This document shows positions 48,520 to 59,381 of a stretch of DNA of 64,000 nt, piece by piece (positions within the stretch are counted from its first letter, which is position 1; each line of letters begins with the position of its first letter). Made by a program: the position numbers and the translations under genes. The DNA is from an uncultured candidate division Zixibacteria bacterium (GTDB taxonomy: Bacteria > Zixibacteria > MSB-5A5 > RBG-16-43-9). Where the stretch lies: the NCBI GenBank assembly GCA_963713865.1, contig OY970208.1:2048001-2112000 (forward strand). Direction: 5' to 3'. The notes below the pieces were generated by a model. It made no database searches, had not been told where the DNA came from, and was given only the letters and a program-made list of their open reading frames with translations.

Positions 48520-49167
48520 TTACCTCTTATTTTTTATAAGTTCTAATGAATTTTCCAAAACACCTTTAAACTCCCTTTCGGAAAGACCTGCGCCTAAACC
48601 GACTTTCCACAAAATCTCTTTTGTAAATAGTTCGGATGAGGAATGGGCATCAGTATTTATAACCAACTTAGCTCCAAATTTCCTGGCAAGTTTAGCCACA
48701 TAGCCATTGGTCAAAGAATGCCCCTTACGGGCTGAAAGTTCAAGATAAATCCCTCTCTTCTTGGCTAACTTAACCTCTTTCTCAGTTATCAAACCCGGGT
48801 GAGCTAAAATATCGATATCGCTTTCCAGTCCGGCTGAATTAGTTCCGGAAATCACCGGCTCAACCGGGGACTCGCCGTGAACCACGATAATCTTGGCTCC
48901 TAATTTACGGGCTAAACCAGCTAATTCCGGAATCTGCTGAGGAGGAACGTGAGTGATTTCAACCCCGGGCAGGACTTTTATCTTCATATATTTATTCAGG
49001 TCCTTGGAGACTTTTATCAGTTGAGCTAAAACCAGTGCCAGGTTACCAGAATCCACGTGATCGGTTATAGCCAGTGCTTTATAACCTGCCACATAAGCCC
49101 GGCGAGCAAGCTCAGCCGGTAATAACTCTCCGTCACTTAAAACCGAATGGGTGTGTAAATCTATCAT
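48520..49167 (-). CDS. PHP-family protein (histidinol-phosphatase-like)
   Basis: DLHTHS..SDG, AITDH, LAHPG, NTDAH. Confidence 0.85.
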   Translation of the reverse strand: MIDLHTHSVLSDGELLPAELARRAYVAGYKALAITDHVDSGNLALVLAQLIKVSKDLNKYMKIKVLPGVEITHVPPQQIPELAGLARKLGAKIIVVHGESPVEPVISGTNSAGLESDIDILAHPGLITEKEVKLAKKRGIYLELSARKGHSLTNGYVAKLARKFGAKLVINTDAHSSSELFTKEILWKVGLGAGLSEREFKGVLENSLELIKNKR

Positions 49168-49270
49168 CTTTACTCCTTTTTGTTACAGATTTACAATCTA
49201 ATTTAATTTTAATATTTTGCAAATAGTTTTTATTGTAAAAAGGCAGGACCATGTCATACTCCTACAGATT

Positions 49271-49408
49271 CTTAACCCTCTCCTTTCTAAGGAGAGGGTC
49301 AGGGTGAGGTTTGATTTGTTAGTCAGACTTTAATTCGGGTAGCAGAGGTTTTTGACATCCACCAGGCTGCATCATCTCGACAAAAATGGGAGGTAAGACG
49401 CTTACCTC
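49271..49408. repeat. Palindromic repeat elements
   Basis: ccctctcctttctaaggagagggtcagggtgagg; gtagcag...ctgc; gaggtaagacgcttacctc. Confidence 0.5.
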
Positions 49409-49446
49409 ATCATTTTAACGGAAAATTCATTTATGATACCGGAAAT

Positions 49447-49473
49447 AAAAAAGGCAATCTTTAAAGATTGCCT
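49447..49473 (-). terminator. Rho-independent terminator of the ribosomal superoperon
   Basis: AGGCAATCT-TTAA-AGATTGCC followed by a T run on the minus strand. Confidence 0.75.
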
Positions 49474-49500
49474 GAAAAGTTCTTTAATATTTTAAGGGTT

Positions 49501-49792
49501 TTAAATTTCTTCCCTCTCACCCTCGTAAAGATGTTCATCCGTCTCCCCTTCAATACCCTCATCCAACCCTTCCTCTTCTTCCTCCCACTCCTCTACTAAG
49601 GGAATCTCTTCCTCCGTCTCCTCCAGCTCTTCTGCGGGTAAAAGTTCATCTAAAAGCTTTTCGCTTTGCTCCACAATTTTATTCTTCTTCTCATCCGAGA
49701 CTTTAATACTTTTCTTGGCTGTTACTTTACTCTTCTTGGTATTTTTTGATTTTTTAACTTTTTTCGCTTCGCTTTTTTTCTTTTTCTTTTTC
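49501..49792 (-). CDS. Lys-rich/Glu-rich low-complexity ORF; possibly the true C-terminal extension of L17
   Basis: Overlaps the rplQ 3' end in the +1 frame across an A-run; ends just before the terminator. Confidence 0.5.
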
Positions 49793-50182
49793 ATCTTTCT
49801 CTCCCTTCTTCTTCTCAACCCGGGGTTTTTCCATTAAAAGCTGAACCACCGCCGTCTTCGCCCCATCCCCCTTACGGTATCCCAGCTTTAATACTTTGGT
49901 ATAACCGCCTTGATGATCTCTAAGCTTAGGAGTAATCTCATCAAAAAGCTTTTTAACTAATTTCCTATTTTTAAGTATCTTGAAAGCCAACCGTCGGGAA
50001 TTAAGATCCCCTCTTTTTCCCAGTGTAACCAGATAGTCGGTCCATCTTTTTACCTCGCGGGCTTTAGCCAGAGTTGTGCGGATCTGGATATGCTCTATAA
50101 TCGAAGTCGCCATATTCGAAAGCATCGCCTCTCTATGGCTTTTGTTACGACTTAATTTTTGAACCGCCTTTGCGTGTCTCAT
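49754..50182 (-). CDS. rplQ: 50S ribosomal protein L17
   Basis: MRH...HREAML.N..IRTTLAKA, GGYT, RKGDGA. Confidence 0.95.
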   Translation of the reverse strand: MRHAKAVQKLSRNKSHREAMLSNMATSIIEHIQIRTTLAKAREVKRWTDYLVTLGKRGDLNSRRLAFKILKNRKLVKKLFDEITPKLRDHQGGYTKVLKLGYRKGDGAKTAVVQLLMEKPRVEKKKGEKDEKEKEKKRSEKS

Positions 50183-50212
50183 TTTTCATCCTTTTATGAA
50201 AATATTCTCCAC

Positions 50213-51199
50213 TTATCCTTTCTTGATTGGTTCCTTATATTTCTCCACATCCATACCAAAAGAAAGACCTAATTTAGCCAGGATGTTAGTAAGCTCAGTC
50301 AATGACTTCCTGCCAAAATTTCTATATTTCAACATGTCTGATTCAGTCTTCTTTGCTAAGTCTTCCAGGGTTTGAATATTAGCCGCTCGCAGGCAGTTCG
50401 AGGATCTGACTGAAAGCTCCAGGTCATCCACTTTGGTCTTTAAAAGGTTTCTCGTCTTCAAAATTTCTTCATCTATTACATCTTCCAGAACCATCTCCAT
50501 AACTTCATCCTTTTTGATGAAAAGCTGTAGATGATCTTTCAGAAATTTAGAAGACAATGCCAGCGCATCCTCAGGTGTTATGCTCCCATCGGTCCAGACC
50601 TCTAAGAACAGCTTGTCGAAGTCCGTTCGCTGACCCACCCGGGTGTTCTCAACCCAGAAATTCACTTTGGTCACCGGTGAAAAGAGAGAATCCAGAAAGA
50701 TGGTACCAACCGGAGCCTCCGGCTTTTTATTCTGTTCCGCTGGAACATATCCTCTACCGCAACCAATATCTATCGTCATCTTAAATTTGAGCTCCTCTGT
50801 CAGGGAGACAATATGTTGTTCTGGATTAAGTATCTCTATCTCCGCATCAGTTTTTAGATCTCCCGCTTTGTAATCTCCCTTCTTCAAGACTTCTAAAGTA
50901 ATGGTCTTAGGTTCATCTCCGATCAACTTGAGCCTGATCAGTTTCAAATTCAGAACAATTTCCGTAACATCTTCATATACTCCAGGAATGGTAGAGAATT
51001 CGTGAAGAATCCCCTCGATTCTAAAAGAAGTCGGAGCTGCCCCTTGAATAGAAGAGAGCAGTGTTCTTCTCAAGGCATTTCCTATGGTCAATCCAAAACC
51101 TCTTTCCAGGGGCTCGATTATGAACTTTGCATAGTTGTCAGCAAAAGTACTTTGATCTATCACTATCTCTTTAGGCATCTGTATACTTTTTAATTTCAT
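50213..51199 (-). CDS. rpoA: RNA polymerase alpha subunit
   Basis: EPLERGFG.T.GNALRR.LLSS, ELSVRSSNCL. Confidence 0.98.
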   Translation of the reverse strand: MKLKSIQMPKEIVIDQSTFADNYAKFIIEPLERGFGLTIGNALRRTLLSSIQGAAPTSFRIEGILHEFSTIPGVYEDVTEIVLNLKLIRLKLIGDEPKTITLEVLKKGDYKAGDLKTDAEIEILNPEQHIVSLTEELKFKMTIDIGCGRGYVPAEQNKKPEAPVGTIFLDSLFSPVTKVNFWVENTRVGQRTDFDKLFLEVWTDGSITPEDALALSSKFLKDHLQLFIKKDEVMEMVLEDVIDEEILKTRNLLKTKVDDLELSVRSSNCLRAANIQTLEDLAKKTESDMLKYRNFGRKSLTELTNILAKLGLSFGMDVEKYKEPIKKG

Positions 51200-51268
51200 G
51201 CTCTTTTCTCCTCACCATCCGCTCAGAGGCGAAAAACGAAAAATAAATAAAAGTTAAATTATAAATTT

Positions 51269-51898
51269 TTATCTCGAATAATATTCTACTACTAACTGTT
51301 CCTGAACCATTACCGGGATATCTATTCGCTTGGGTATTTCCAAAAGCTCACCTTGTAGATGAGCCTTATCCAGCCTGAGCCAGGGAAATTCAGCACCCCG
51401 ACCTGTTTCTCTTAAAGCTGCATGAATGATATCTAAGTTTCGACTATTGTCATGCACAGAGATTATCTCACCAGGTTGAACTTGATATGAAGGGATATCC
51501 ACAATCCGGCTGTTAACCAGAAAATGCCTGTGACGCACCAGTTGTCGGGCAGATTTACGCGAAGGTGCAAAGCCCAATCGATAAACCAGATTATCCAGTC
51601 TGCATTCCAAAAGTTGCAGAAGCTTCTCTCCGGTTATACCTTTTTCCCTCTCAGCCTTATGAAAATAATTTCTGAACTGTTGTTCTAAAAGACCGTAAAT
51701 CCTTTTAAATTTCTGTTTTTCTCTCAAGCGTAATCCGTACTCTGAACCTTTACGTCGTGTTGATTGCCCATGCTCTCCCGGAGCATATCCTCTTTGGTCA
51801 AAGATACATTTATCACTTGAGCATTTAATCCCTTTAAGAAAAAGTTTTTCCCCTTCTCTTCTGCAGATTTTACAACTTGCTCCTATATATCTTGCCAT
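51269..51898 (-). CDS. rpsD: 30S ribosomal protein S4
   Basis: [25 protein letters not shown]. Confidence 0.97.
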   Translation of the reverse strand: MARYIGASCKICRREGEKLFLKGIKCSSDKCIFDQRGYAPGEHGQSTRRKGSEYGLRLREKQKFKRIYGLLEQQFRNYFHKAEREKGITGEKLLQLLECRLDNLVYRLGFAPSRKSARQLVRHRHFLVNSRIVDIPSYQVQPGEIISVHDNSRNLDIIHAALRETGRGAEFPWLRLDKAHLQGELLEIPKRIDIPVMVQEQLVVEYYSR

Positions 51899-51912
51899 CT
51901 TCTCTCCTTCTA

Positions 51913-51947
51913 TTACCTCTTGCCTATTGCCTAATGCCTGTTGTCTG
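51913..51947. repeat. Degenerate heptamer array (x5)
   Basis: ttacctc ttgccta ttgccta atgcctg ttgtctg. Confidence 0.7.
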
Positions 51948-51951
51948 CATT

Positions 51952-52347
51952 TTAGACCCTTCTTCTCTTAGGTGGTCTACATCCATTATGCGGAATAGGG
52001 GTAACGTCCCGGATAGATGTAACTTCTAAACCAGCAGACTGTAATGACCTTATAGCCGCCTCTCTTCCCGCACCTGGACCTTTAACCCAGACTTCTACTC
52101 TTTTAACTCCTGCCTCTAAGGCCTGTTTAGCTGTGGCTTCAGCCGCTATGCCGGCGGCAAAGGGAGTGCTTTTTTTCGAACCTTTAAAACCACTTTTGCC
52201 AGCAGAGCTCCAGACTATTACGTTCCCCTTGGTATCAGTTATGGTTACAATAGTGTTGTTGAAAGTTGCCTTGATATGAGCTACTCCGCTTGACTCAGCT
52301 TTTTTAAATTTTTTCTTGACGACTGGTTTTTTGACTTCTTCTGGCAC
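51952..52347 (-). CDS. rpsK: 30S ribosomal protein S11
   Basis: [26 protein letters not shown]. Confidence 0.97.
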   Translation of the reverse strand: MPEEVKKPVVKKKFKKAESSGVAHIKATFNNTIVTITDTKGNVIVWSSAGKSGFKGSKKSTPFAAGIAAEATAKQALEAGVKRVEVWVKGPGAGREAAIRSLQSAGLEVTSIRDVTPIPHNGCRPPKRRRV

Positions 52348-52369
52348 AGTTCTCTCCTGAAATTTAACT

Positions 52370-52771
52370 TTATTTATTAACCGGACCCGGACCTTTTTCG
52401 GCTGCCGCTTTTCTGGTTCCTACAGTCTTCTTAGGTCCCTTTCTGGTACGTGCATTGGTCTTGGTTCTTTGACCTCTAACTGGAAGGCCCCGGCGATGTC
52501 TTAAACCTCGATAACACCCGATATCCACTAATCTTTTGATATTCATCGCCACTTCCCCTCGCAGTGCACCCTCCACCTTATATTCAGACTCAATCACCGA
52601 CCTCAACTTGGCGATATCCTCCTCTGTAAGATTTTTAACCCTGGTATTCGGACTGACTTTGGTTTTTTCAATAATTTTTTTAGCTGAGGAAGGACCAATC
52701 CCGAAAATATAGGTCAAGCCTATCTCTATCCTTTTATCTTTGGGTAAATCCACACCCGCAATTCTTGCCAA
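52370..52771 (-). CDS. rpsM: 30S ribosomal protein S13
   Basis: [25 protein letters not shown]. Confidence 0.97.
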   Translation of the reverse strand: MARIAGVDLPKDKRIEIGLTYIFGIGPSSAKKIIEKTKVSPNTRVKNLTEEDIAKLRSVIESEYKVEGALRGEVAMNIKRLVDIGCYRGLRHRRGLPVRGQRTKTNARTRKGPKKTVGTRKAAAEKGPGPVNK

Positions 52772-52872
52772 CTCAAACCTCCTCTAAAAATCTTTTTTCA
52801 ATCAAGTTATATACTTCAAAAAAGTAATAAAAATTGATAAAATTAAAGTTGTTTCCCTCATAATAAAAATAA

Positions 52873-52986
52873 TTATCCCTGTCTCTGCTTGTGTTTAGGG
52901 TTTTTACAGATAATCATAATCACACCCTGTCTTTTAACCACTTTACACTTCTCACATCTTACTTTAACTGAACTCCTGACCTTCAT
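52873..52986 (-). CDS. rpmJ: 50S ribosomal protein L36 (not in the ORF track)
   Basis: Manual translation [37 protein letters not shown]. Confidence 0.95.
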   Translation of the reverse strand: MKVRSSVKVRCEKCKVVKRQGVIMIICKNPKHKQRQG

Positions 52987-53000
52987 CTTCTCACCTCTTG

Positions 53001-53042
53001 TTACCTATCACCTATAACCTACAACCTACGACCTGAAACCTT
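53001..53042. repeat. Degenerate heptamer array (x6)
   Basis: ttaccta tcaccta taaccta caaccta cgacctg aaacctt. Confidence 0.75.
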
Positions 53043-53045
53043 TAG

Positions 53046-53264
53046 TTATTTGTATCTATAAACTATCCTGCCCCTGGAAAGGTCATAAGGAGAAAGCTCA
53101 ACTGTAACCTTGTCACCGGGTAAAATCTTAATAAAATGCATCCTCATCTTTCCAGAAATATGAGCTAAAACTATGTGTCCATTTTCAATCTCCACCCTGA
53201 ACATCGCATTGGGCAGAGGCTCAATCACCTTACCATCAACCTGAATAGGCTCTTCTTTAGGCAT
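53046..53264 (-). CDS. infA: Translation initiation factor IF-1
   Basis: [23 protein letters not shown]. Confidence 0.97.
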   Translation of the reverse strand: MPKEEPIQVDGKVIEPLPNAMFRVEIENGHIVLAHISGKMRMHFIKILPGDKVTVELSPYDLSRGRIVYRYK

Positions 53265-53282
53265 ATAAATTCTTCGAACCGC

Positions 53283-54044
53283 TCACTCTAAGGGTTCGCC
53301 CTGAAGGGTTAAGATTTCACCTCCGCTCTGGGTTATAGCTATGGTATGCTCAAAATGAGCTGAAAGTGACCCATCCTCTGTTACTATTGTCCAGTTATCA
53401 TCCAGCGTTTTGATCTTATAAGTACCTGCATTAACCATCGGCTCAATAGCCAGAACCATACCTTCTTTTAATAGTGGTCCCATCCCTGAAATTCCAAAGT
53501 TAGGGATAGGCGGGTCTTCATGCATCTGTCTCCCTATGCCATGACCGGTAAGATCCCTTACTACTGAAAAACCATTTTTCTCCACCAGGGATTGAACTGC
53601 AAAAGATATATCACCCAAGCGATTTCCCGAGATCGCTTGAGCTATCCCGGCTTCTAAACCCTTCTTTGCCACTCCTAGTAGCTTCTTAGTTTCATCCGAT
53701 ATTTCTCCAACCGAAAAAGTCCAGGCGCCATCCGCATAAAATCCATCTTTAAATACACCCACATCCACAGAAACTATCTCTCCATCCTCAAGAATCTTTT
53801 GTCCCGGAATTCCGTGAACAACTTCATCATTTATGGAAACGCAGATATTTTTAGGGAAACCACGGTATCCTTTAAAAGCTGGCACAGCTTTATTTCTCTT
53901 AATAAACTCCTCCGCCCAAAAATCAAGCTCAATTGTCTTAATTCCTGGCTTGATCTTATCTTTTAAATAGTTCAAAGTCAAAGCCACAATCCTGCCGTTC
54001 TCCCGAATTATCTTTATCTCTCTTTCTGATTTTAATTCAATCAT
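53283..54044 (-). CDS. map: Methionine aminopeptidase
   Basis: SINDEVVHGIP, GHGIG, AIEPM, SAHFEHT. Confidence 0.96.
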   Translation of the reverse strand: MIELKSEREIKIIRENGRIVALTLNYLKDKIKPGIKTIELDFWAEEFIKRNKAVPAFKGYRGFPKNICVSINDEVVHGIPGQKILEDGEIVSVDVGVFKDGFYADGAWTFSVGEISDETKKLLGVAKKGLEAGIAQAISGNRLGDISFAVQSLVEKNGFSVVRDLTGHGIGRQMHEDPPIPNFGISGMGPLLKEGMVLAIEPMVNAGTYKIKTLDDNWTIVTEDGSLSAHFEHTIAITQSGGEILTLQGEPLE

Positions 54045-54047
54045 CTT

Positions 54048-54690
54048 TTAGCTAATAACTTTAAGTATCTCCTCTAATACCAGTTTTTTATCTTTTTCTC
54101 CATCTATCTCTATTAACTTACCCTGCCCCTGATAATAGGATTCTAAAGGTTGGGTCTGTCTCACATATACTTCCAATCTTTTCAAAATCACCTCTCTATT
54201 ATCATCCACCCTTTGCTCTAACTCTCCGCTACACAGATCACATCTCCCGGCCTCTTTGGGCGGTTCTGGTCTCCAGATTATAATCTGCTCCACAAAGTTC
54301 GCAGACCAATCTGGCTGATAGCCTTTTTATAATAGTCTCATCCGATACCCTAATTTTAATAACTCCATCAATTTTTTTGCTTATACCATTTAATAATCTG
54401 TCCAGGCTCTCTGCCTGTACCTGAGTTCTTGGAAAACCATCCAGGATAAATCCTTTTTCACAATCCTTTTCCTCTAACCTTTTTTTCACCACCTCTAAAA
54501 TCAATCCATCCGGAACCAACTCACCCTTAGACATAAAAACCATTACCTTTTCACCCAAGAGCGTTCCCTTTTTCACCTCATCTCTCAATATATCTCCAGT
54601 GGAGATGTGAGGGATGTTTAGCTTCAAAGATAAAAGCTCTGCCTGGGTTCCTTTTCCAGTACCCGGCGCACCTAAGAATATGAAATTCAA
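54048..54690 (-). CDS. adk: Adenylate kinase (split by an apparent +1 indel near 54265)
   Basis: GAPGTGKGTQA, LDGFPRT; Zn lid CELC...CDLC spans the two frames. Confidence 0.92.
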
Positions 54691-54691
54691 T

Positions 54692-55999
54692 TTAGAATCT
54701 TCCTTTTATCCTTCCTTTCTTCATAAACCCTTCATAATGCCTCATTATCAGATGAGACTCTATCTGCTGAAGAGTATCTAAAGCTACCCCTACCACAATC
54801 AAAATACTGGTGCCGCCGAAGTAGAAACTGACATTCACCTTTTTCATAAGGAAATAAGGTATGATAGCAATTATGGCAAAAAAGATGGCTCCCGGAAGAG
54901 TGATTCTGGTCAAAATACGATCTATATATTCAGAAGTCCTTTTCCCTGGCCTTATCCCCGGTATAAAACCTCCATATTTTCTCATATTATCAGCTAAATC
55001 TACCGGGTTGAAAACGATGGCGGTATAAAAATAAGCAAAGAAGACGATCAGAAGACCATAAACAATCGAATAAAGAGCAGTTCCGGCATTAAACCAACCA
55101 GTAACTGTATGCATAAACTCACTATTGGGGAAAAATGAAGCCAGGGTGCTGGGAGCAAACATAATCGATTGTGCAAAGATGATCGGAATTATCCCGGCTG
55201 CATTTACCGAGAGAGGTATATGAGTACTCTGCCCTCCATACATTTTCCTTCCGACAACCCGTTTAGCATATTGAACCGGAATTTTTCTCTGAGCACGGGT
55301 TACTAAAACCGTTGCCGCTATCACAGCCAACATCAAAGCAATTAAAAAAGCTTCAGTGAAAATAGTTCTTCTTCCTCCTAAAAGATTCTGAATCTCCTCG
55401 ATAATTGCATTTGGAAAACGAGCGATGATTCCGATAAAAATTATCAAAGAGATACCGTTACCAATCCCCTTATCCGTTATCTGTTCACCCAGCCACATTA
55501 TAAAGATTGTGCCGGAGGTAAAGGTTAACATAGTCAAAAGCCGGAATCCCATTCCCGGACTGGTAACCGCATATCTTCCTCCGATATTTATACTCTCTAA
55601 GAAAAGAGAAGTTGCCATAGCCTGAACCGCAGCGATAAGTACCGTCCCGTATCGGGTATACTGGGTGATCTTTCTTCTCCCTTCTTCTCCTTCTTTCTGC
55701 AACTTCTGAAAATACGGCACCACCGTCCCCAAAAGCTGCATAATAATCGAGGCTGAGATATATGGCATTATGCCTAAAGAAAAGATGGTAGCTTTGGCAA
55801 AAGCTCCACCAGCAAACATATCGTATAGACCTAAAAGGGAACCTCCAGCCTGTTTAAAAAACTCTCCTAAGGCCTGGGCATCCACTCCCGGAGTAGGAAT
55901 ATGCGAACCTATCCGGTAAACAACCAGAATCCCTAAGGTAAATAAAATCCTTTTCCTCAGCTCCGGTATTTTGAAAATGTTCTGAAAAGTGTCTATCAT
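54692..55999 (-). CDS. secY: Preprotein translocase SecY
   Basis: LGIMPYISASII, GIGNGIS, FIPGIRPG, GGTSILI. Confidence 0.98.
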   Translation of the reverse strand: MIDTFQNIFKIPELRKRILFTLGILVVYRIGSHIPTPGVDAQALGEFFKQAGGSLLGLYDMFAGGAFAKATIFSLGIMPYISASIIMQLLGTVVPYFQKLQKEGEEGRRKITQYTRYGTVLIAAVQAMATSLFLESINIGGRYAVTSPGMGFRLLTMLTFTSGTIFIMWLGEQITDKGIGNGISLIIFIGIIARFPNAIIEEIQNLLGGRRTIFTEAFLIALMLAVIAATVLVTRAQRKIPVQYAKRVVGRKMYGGQSTHIPLSVNAAGIIPIIFAQSIMFAPSTLASFFPNSEFMHTVTGWFNAGTALYSIVYGLLIVFFAYFYTAIVFNPVDLADNMRKYGGFIPGIRPGKRTSEYIDRILTRITLPGAIFFAIIAIIPYFLMKKVNVSFYFGGTSILIVVGVALDTLQQIESHLIMRHYEGFMKKGRIKGRF

Positions 56000-56439
56000 T
56001 TTATCAACTCAACTTTTCCACCACAAGCCAGGATTTTCTCTTTAGCGCTCTGGCTGAATGCCTGTGCCTGAATAGTTACCGGAAAATCTATGTTCCCCTC
56101 TCCCAATATTTTAACTGGTAGATTTTCTTTTTTGACCAAGCCAAAGTTTTTCATAACCAGAGGATTAATCAGCTCCAACCGCCCACATTTAACCAGCGAG
56201 CCCAAGTTCACTACCTGATATTCCCGTTTGAAAAGCGAAGTGAATCCTCTTTTGGGTAATCTCCTCTGCAAAGGCATCTGACCACCTTCAAACCAGGGGT
56301 GGATATTTCCACCGGAACGAGCTTTCTGACCTTTATGCCCTTTGGTTGAAGTTTTACCATGGCCTGAACCCGGACCTCTCCCGATCCTTTTTCTTTTTTT
56401 AGTCGAACCAGCTACTTTTCTTAAATTGCCTAATCTCAT
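55996..56439 (-). CDS. rplO: 50S ribosomal protein L15
   Basis: GRGPGSGHGKT, FEGGQMPL.RRLPKRGF. Confidence 0.97.
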   Translation of the reverse strand: MRLGNLRKVAGSTKKRKRIGRGPGSGHGKTSTKGHKGQKARSGGNIHPWFEGGQMPLQRRLPKRGFTSLFKREYQVVNLGSLVKCGRLELINPLVMKNFGLVKKENLPVKILGEGNIDFPVTIQAQAFSQSAKEKILACGGKVELIK

Positions 56440-56454
56440 AAAGAAAATCCTCGA

Positions 56455-56643
56455 TTATCTTTCCACCTCTTCAACTTTCAATAAATAATTTACTTTCTGA
56501 ATCATACCTCTGATCTGAGGTGTGTTTTTGTGATATACTGTTTGATGTAGTTTTTTAATCCCTAAAGAACGAATAGTCTCTTTGTGAGATTTTTCGCAAT
56601 CTATAGCGCTTTTGATTTGAGTTATCTTAAGTTCTTTTTCCAT
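56455..56643 (-). CDS. rpmD: 50S ribosomal protein L30
   Basis: LKITQIKS, IRGMI.KV; position. Confidence 0.93.
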   Translation of the reverse strand: MEKELKITQIKSAIDCEKSHKETIRSLGIKKLHQTVYHKNTPQIRGMIQKVNYLLKVEEVER

Positions 56644-56652
56644 AAAAGTATT

Positions 56653-57129
56653 TTATTTTTCTTCCACTTCAGTTTTTTCGACAAATTCTCTAATCCTTAA
56701 TAGACCGGCCAGGGTAGCTTTTACTACATTATGAGGATTTGAAGTACCTAAAGATTTGGTTAAAATATCCTGGACTCCTGCTGCTTCCAAGACTGCTCTC
56801 ACTGGCCCACCAGCAATAACTCCGGTACCTGGAGAAGCAGGCTTCATAACCACAGAAGCCGCTCCAAATCTACCGATTATCGGATAGGGAATAGTCCCCT
56901 CTTTTAAAGGAATCTCTATCATATTTTTCCTGGCTGATTCCGTCCCTTTGGTGATAGCATCAGAGACTTCTCCGGCTTTACCCAGACCCACGCCAACTTT
57001 TCCTTTCCTATCCCCGACTGCTACTAAAGCCGTAAACCCAAATCTCTTACCTCCCTTCACTACTTTAGCAACTCGGTTAATATAGATTACCCTTTCCTCA
57101 AATTGCATTTCATCCGCATCAAATTTCAT
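56653..57129 (-). CDS. rpsE: 30S ribosomal protein S5
   Basis: [18 protein letters not shown]. Confidence 0.97.
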   Translation of the reverse strand: MKFDADEMQFEERVIYINRVAKVVKGGKRFGFTALVAVGDRKGKVGVGLGKAGEVSDAITKGTESARKNMIEIPLKEGTIPYPIIGRFGAASVVMKPASPGTGVIAGGPVRAVLEAAGVQDILTKSLGTSNPHNVVKATLAGLLRIREFVEKTEVEEK

Positions 57130-57144
57130 TCAATTACCTCTCGG

Positions 57145-57519
57145 TTAAAATTTCAAACCGCCTTCTCTGGCTCCCTCAGCCAAGGCTTTAACCCGGCCGT
57201 GATAGACATATCTGTTCCTGTCAAAGACCACCTGTACTATCCCCTTTCCCTTAGCTATAGAAGCCAGATAAAGACCAATTTTTTTGGCTATTTGAGTTTT
57301 TGTCTCTTCTTTAGTTAACTCTTTCCTGAATTCAGGAGTTAAACTTGAAATCCCTAACAATGTCCTGTGAGATAGGTCATCTATAAGTTGAGCGGAGATA
57401 TGATTTAAACTTTTGGATACTGTCAGCCTGGGTTTCTCAGGTGTCCCTCTGACCTTTTTTCTCACCCTTTTTTGTCTCCTCTCTGAGGAGAATCTCTTTA
57501 TCTCAGTCTTATCTCTCAT
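57145..57519 (-). CDS. rplR: 50S ribosomal protein L18
   Basis: PRL.V.KS, VVFDR..Y.YHGRVKALA. Confidence 0.96.
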   Translation of the reverse strand: MRDKTEIKRFSSERRQKRVRKKVRGTPEKPRLTVSKSLNHISAQLIDDLSHRTLLGISSLTPEFRKELTKEETKTQIAKKIGLYLASIAKGKGIVQVVFDRNRYVYHGRVKALAEGAREGGLKF

Positions 57520-57558
57520 AAAACTTAAACTTCCTTATTATATCAGATTAATTTTTTT

Positions 57559-58095
57559 CTAAGCTGCAGCCTTACCAGCTTTTTTACGAACTTTCTCACC
57601 CTCATACCTGATCCCTTTACCTTTATAAGGCTCAGGCGGTCTAAATGCTCTAAGTTTCGCTGCAACCTGCCCCACCAGCTCTTTATCAGTCCCTGAGACT
57701 ACAATCCGGGTTGGGTTATCTATAATTATTTTTATATCCTCAGGGGGCACAAAAAGGATAGGATGGGAATAACCTAAACTTAATGATAGTTTTTTACCTA
57801 AAAGCTCAGCTTTATACCCTACACCCACAATAGACAGCACCTTCTTAAATCCTTCGGTTACACCTTTAATCATATTAGCAATAATGGCTCTGGTTAACCC
57901 ATGTAACGATTTGTCAACCTTGTTATCGGAGCTCCTTTTAACCAAGACCTTGTCCCCTTCTAATTGGATTTGCATAGCTGGATGAAACCTTTTAATCAAT
58001 CTACCCAGAGGTCCATTCACCGTTACCTCATTCTGGGAGACTTCCACTTTTACCCCTTTTGGTACAACTACCGGATTTTTACCAACTCTTGACAT
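57559..58095 (-). CDS. rplF: 50S ribosomal protein L6
   Basis: MSRVGK, PPEPYKGKGIRY. Confidence 0.97.
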   Translation of the reverse strand: MSRVGKNPVVVPKGVKVEVSQNEVTVNGPLGRLIKRFHPAMQIQLEGDKVLVKRSSDNKVDKSLHGLTRAIIANMIKGVTEGFKKVLSIVGVGYKAELLGKKLSLSLGYSHPILFVPPEDIKIIIDNPTRIVVSGTDKELVGQVAAKLRAFRPPEPYKGKGIRYEGEKVRKKAGKAAA

Positions 58096-58118
58096 CTATC
58101 ACTCCTGAAAAGCTGAAA

Positions 58119-58517
58119 TCACCAGATACGACAGATAACCTCTCCACCTATCCCCTTTGCCCTGGCCTGGCTATCAGTTAGAACTCCCTGGGAGGTAGAA
58201 AGGACATATATGCCAAACTCTCTGCCAATCTTTTTTATCTTATCTTTATCAAAATAGATCCGTAATCCCGGTTTGCTGATTCGCTCGAGTTTGATGATAC
58301 TCTTTTCTCCTTTTATATTATACTTCAAATAGAGCCTTAAGACATTTTGCTTATTATCTTCAACTTCAACATAGTTTCGAATATACTTATTCTCTAAAAG
58401 TGTCCTGGCTATCTCTTTCTTCATCCGGGAACTGGGTATATCCACAGTTTTATGCTTGGCTTTATAGGCATTTCTAATACGGGTAAGCATATCTGCTATT
58501 GGGTCGGTAACATTCAT
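58119..58517 (-). CDS. rpsH: 30S ribosomal protein S8
   Basis: DPIADMLTRIRNA, SKPGLR, STSQG, GGE. Confidence 0.96.
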   Translation of the reverse strand: MNVTDPIADMLTRIRNAYKAKHKTVDIPSSRMKKEIARTLLENKYIRNYVEVEDNKQNVLRLYLKYNIKGEKSIIKLERISKPGLRIYFDKDKIKKIGREFGIYVLSTSQGVLTDSQARAKGIGGEVICRIW

Positions 58518-58538
58518 CTGCTCTCCTCGAATCTAATT

Positions 58539-58724
58539 CTACCAGCTGGCTTTAACCACGCCGGGTATTTCACCACTCAGGGCTAATTCTCGAAAACAGA
58601 TACGACACAGGCCAAAATCCCTCATATATCCCCTGGGCCTGCCGCATCTGTTACATCGGTTATGTTTTCTAACCTTGAACTTAGGTTTCCGTTTGGCTTT
58701 TTCTATCATTGCCGTTCTGGCCAC
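58539..58724 (-). CDS. rpsN: 30S ribosomal protein S14 (Zn-binding type)
   Basis: [16 protein letters not shown]. Confidence 0.96.
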   Translation of the reverse strand: MARTAMIEKAKRKPKFKVRKHNRCNRCGRPRGYMRDFGLCRICFRELALSGEIPGVVKASW

Positions 58725-58748
58725 TTTATTACTCTCCTTAAGTCACTT

Positions 58749-59366
58749 TTAACTGCGAAAAGGCATTCCTAAAGCTTTCAACAGCTCCAGCCCTTCTTCA
58801 TCTGTTTTAGCCGTAGTGCATATAGTTATATTCATACCTCTTATCTTTTCAACTTTGTCATAGTCAATCTCTGGAAAGATCAACTGCTCTTTAAGACCTA
58901 AATTAAAGTTACCCCGGCCATCAAAAGACTTGGCTGGCACTCCTCTAAAATCCCTGATCCTGGGTATGGCAATATTCACCAATTTATCAAAAAAATCCAG
59001 CATACGATCTTTTCGAAGGGTCACGCAACAGCCAATCGGTGCTCCTTCTCTCAATTTGAAATTCGAAATCGATTTCTTAGCTCTTCTCATGATTGGCTTC
59101 TGACCGGTGATTATAGTCAAATCATTTATAGAAGATTCTAAAAACTTGACATTCTGAATTGCTTCCCCTACACCAATGTTAATTACAATCTTCTCCAGTT
59201 TAGGAACTTGCATTGAATTCCGATACCCAAACCTTTTCATCAAGCTTGAAACTACCTCTTTTCGGTATTTCTCCTTAAGCCTTGGAATATATTTAGCTTT
59301 AGGGGAACCTTTTTCCTGCTCTTTTACTTTCTCCTTTTCTTTTCCTTTATCTTTTTCTTTTGCCAT
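58749..59366 (-). CDS. rplE: 50S ribosomal protein L5 with Lys/Glu-rich N-terminal extension
   Basis: [23 protein letters not shown]. Confidence 0.97.
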   Translation of the reverse strand: MAKEKDKGKEKEKVKEQEKGSPKAKYIPRLKEKYRKEVVSSLMKRFGYRNSMQVPKLEKIVINIGVGEAIQNVKFLESSINDLTIITGQKPIMRRAKKSISNFKLREGAPIGCCVTLRKDRMLDFFDKLVNIAIPRIRDFRGVPAKSFDGRGNFNLGLKEQLIFPEIDYDKVEKIRGMNITICTTAKTDEEGLELLKALGMPFRS

Positions 59367-59381
59367 TTAAACTTACCTTTT

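Noticed and set aside
54238..54293. Programmed frameshift in adk
   Set aside because: No slippery heptamer, and several similar single-base breaks elsewhere point to sequencing error
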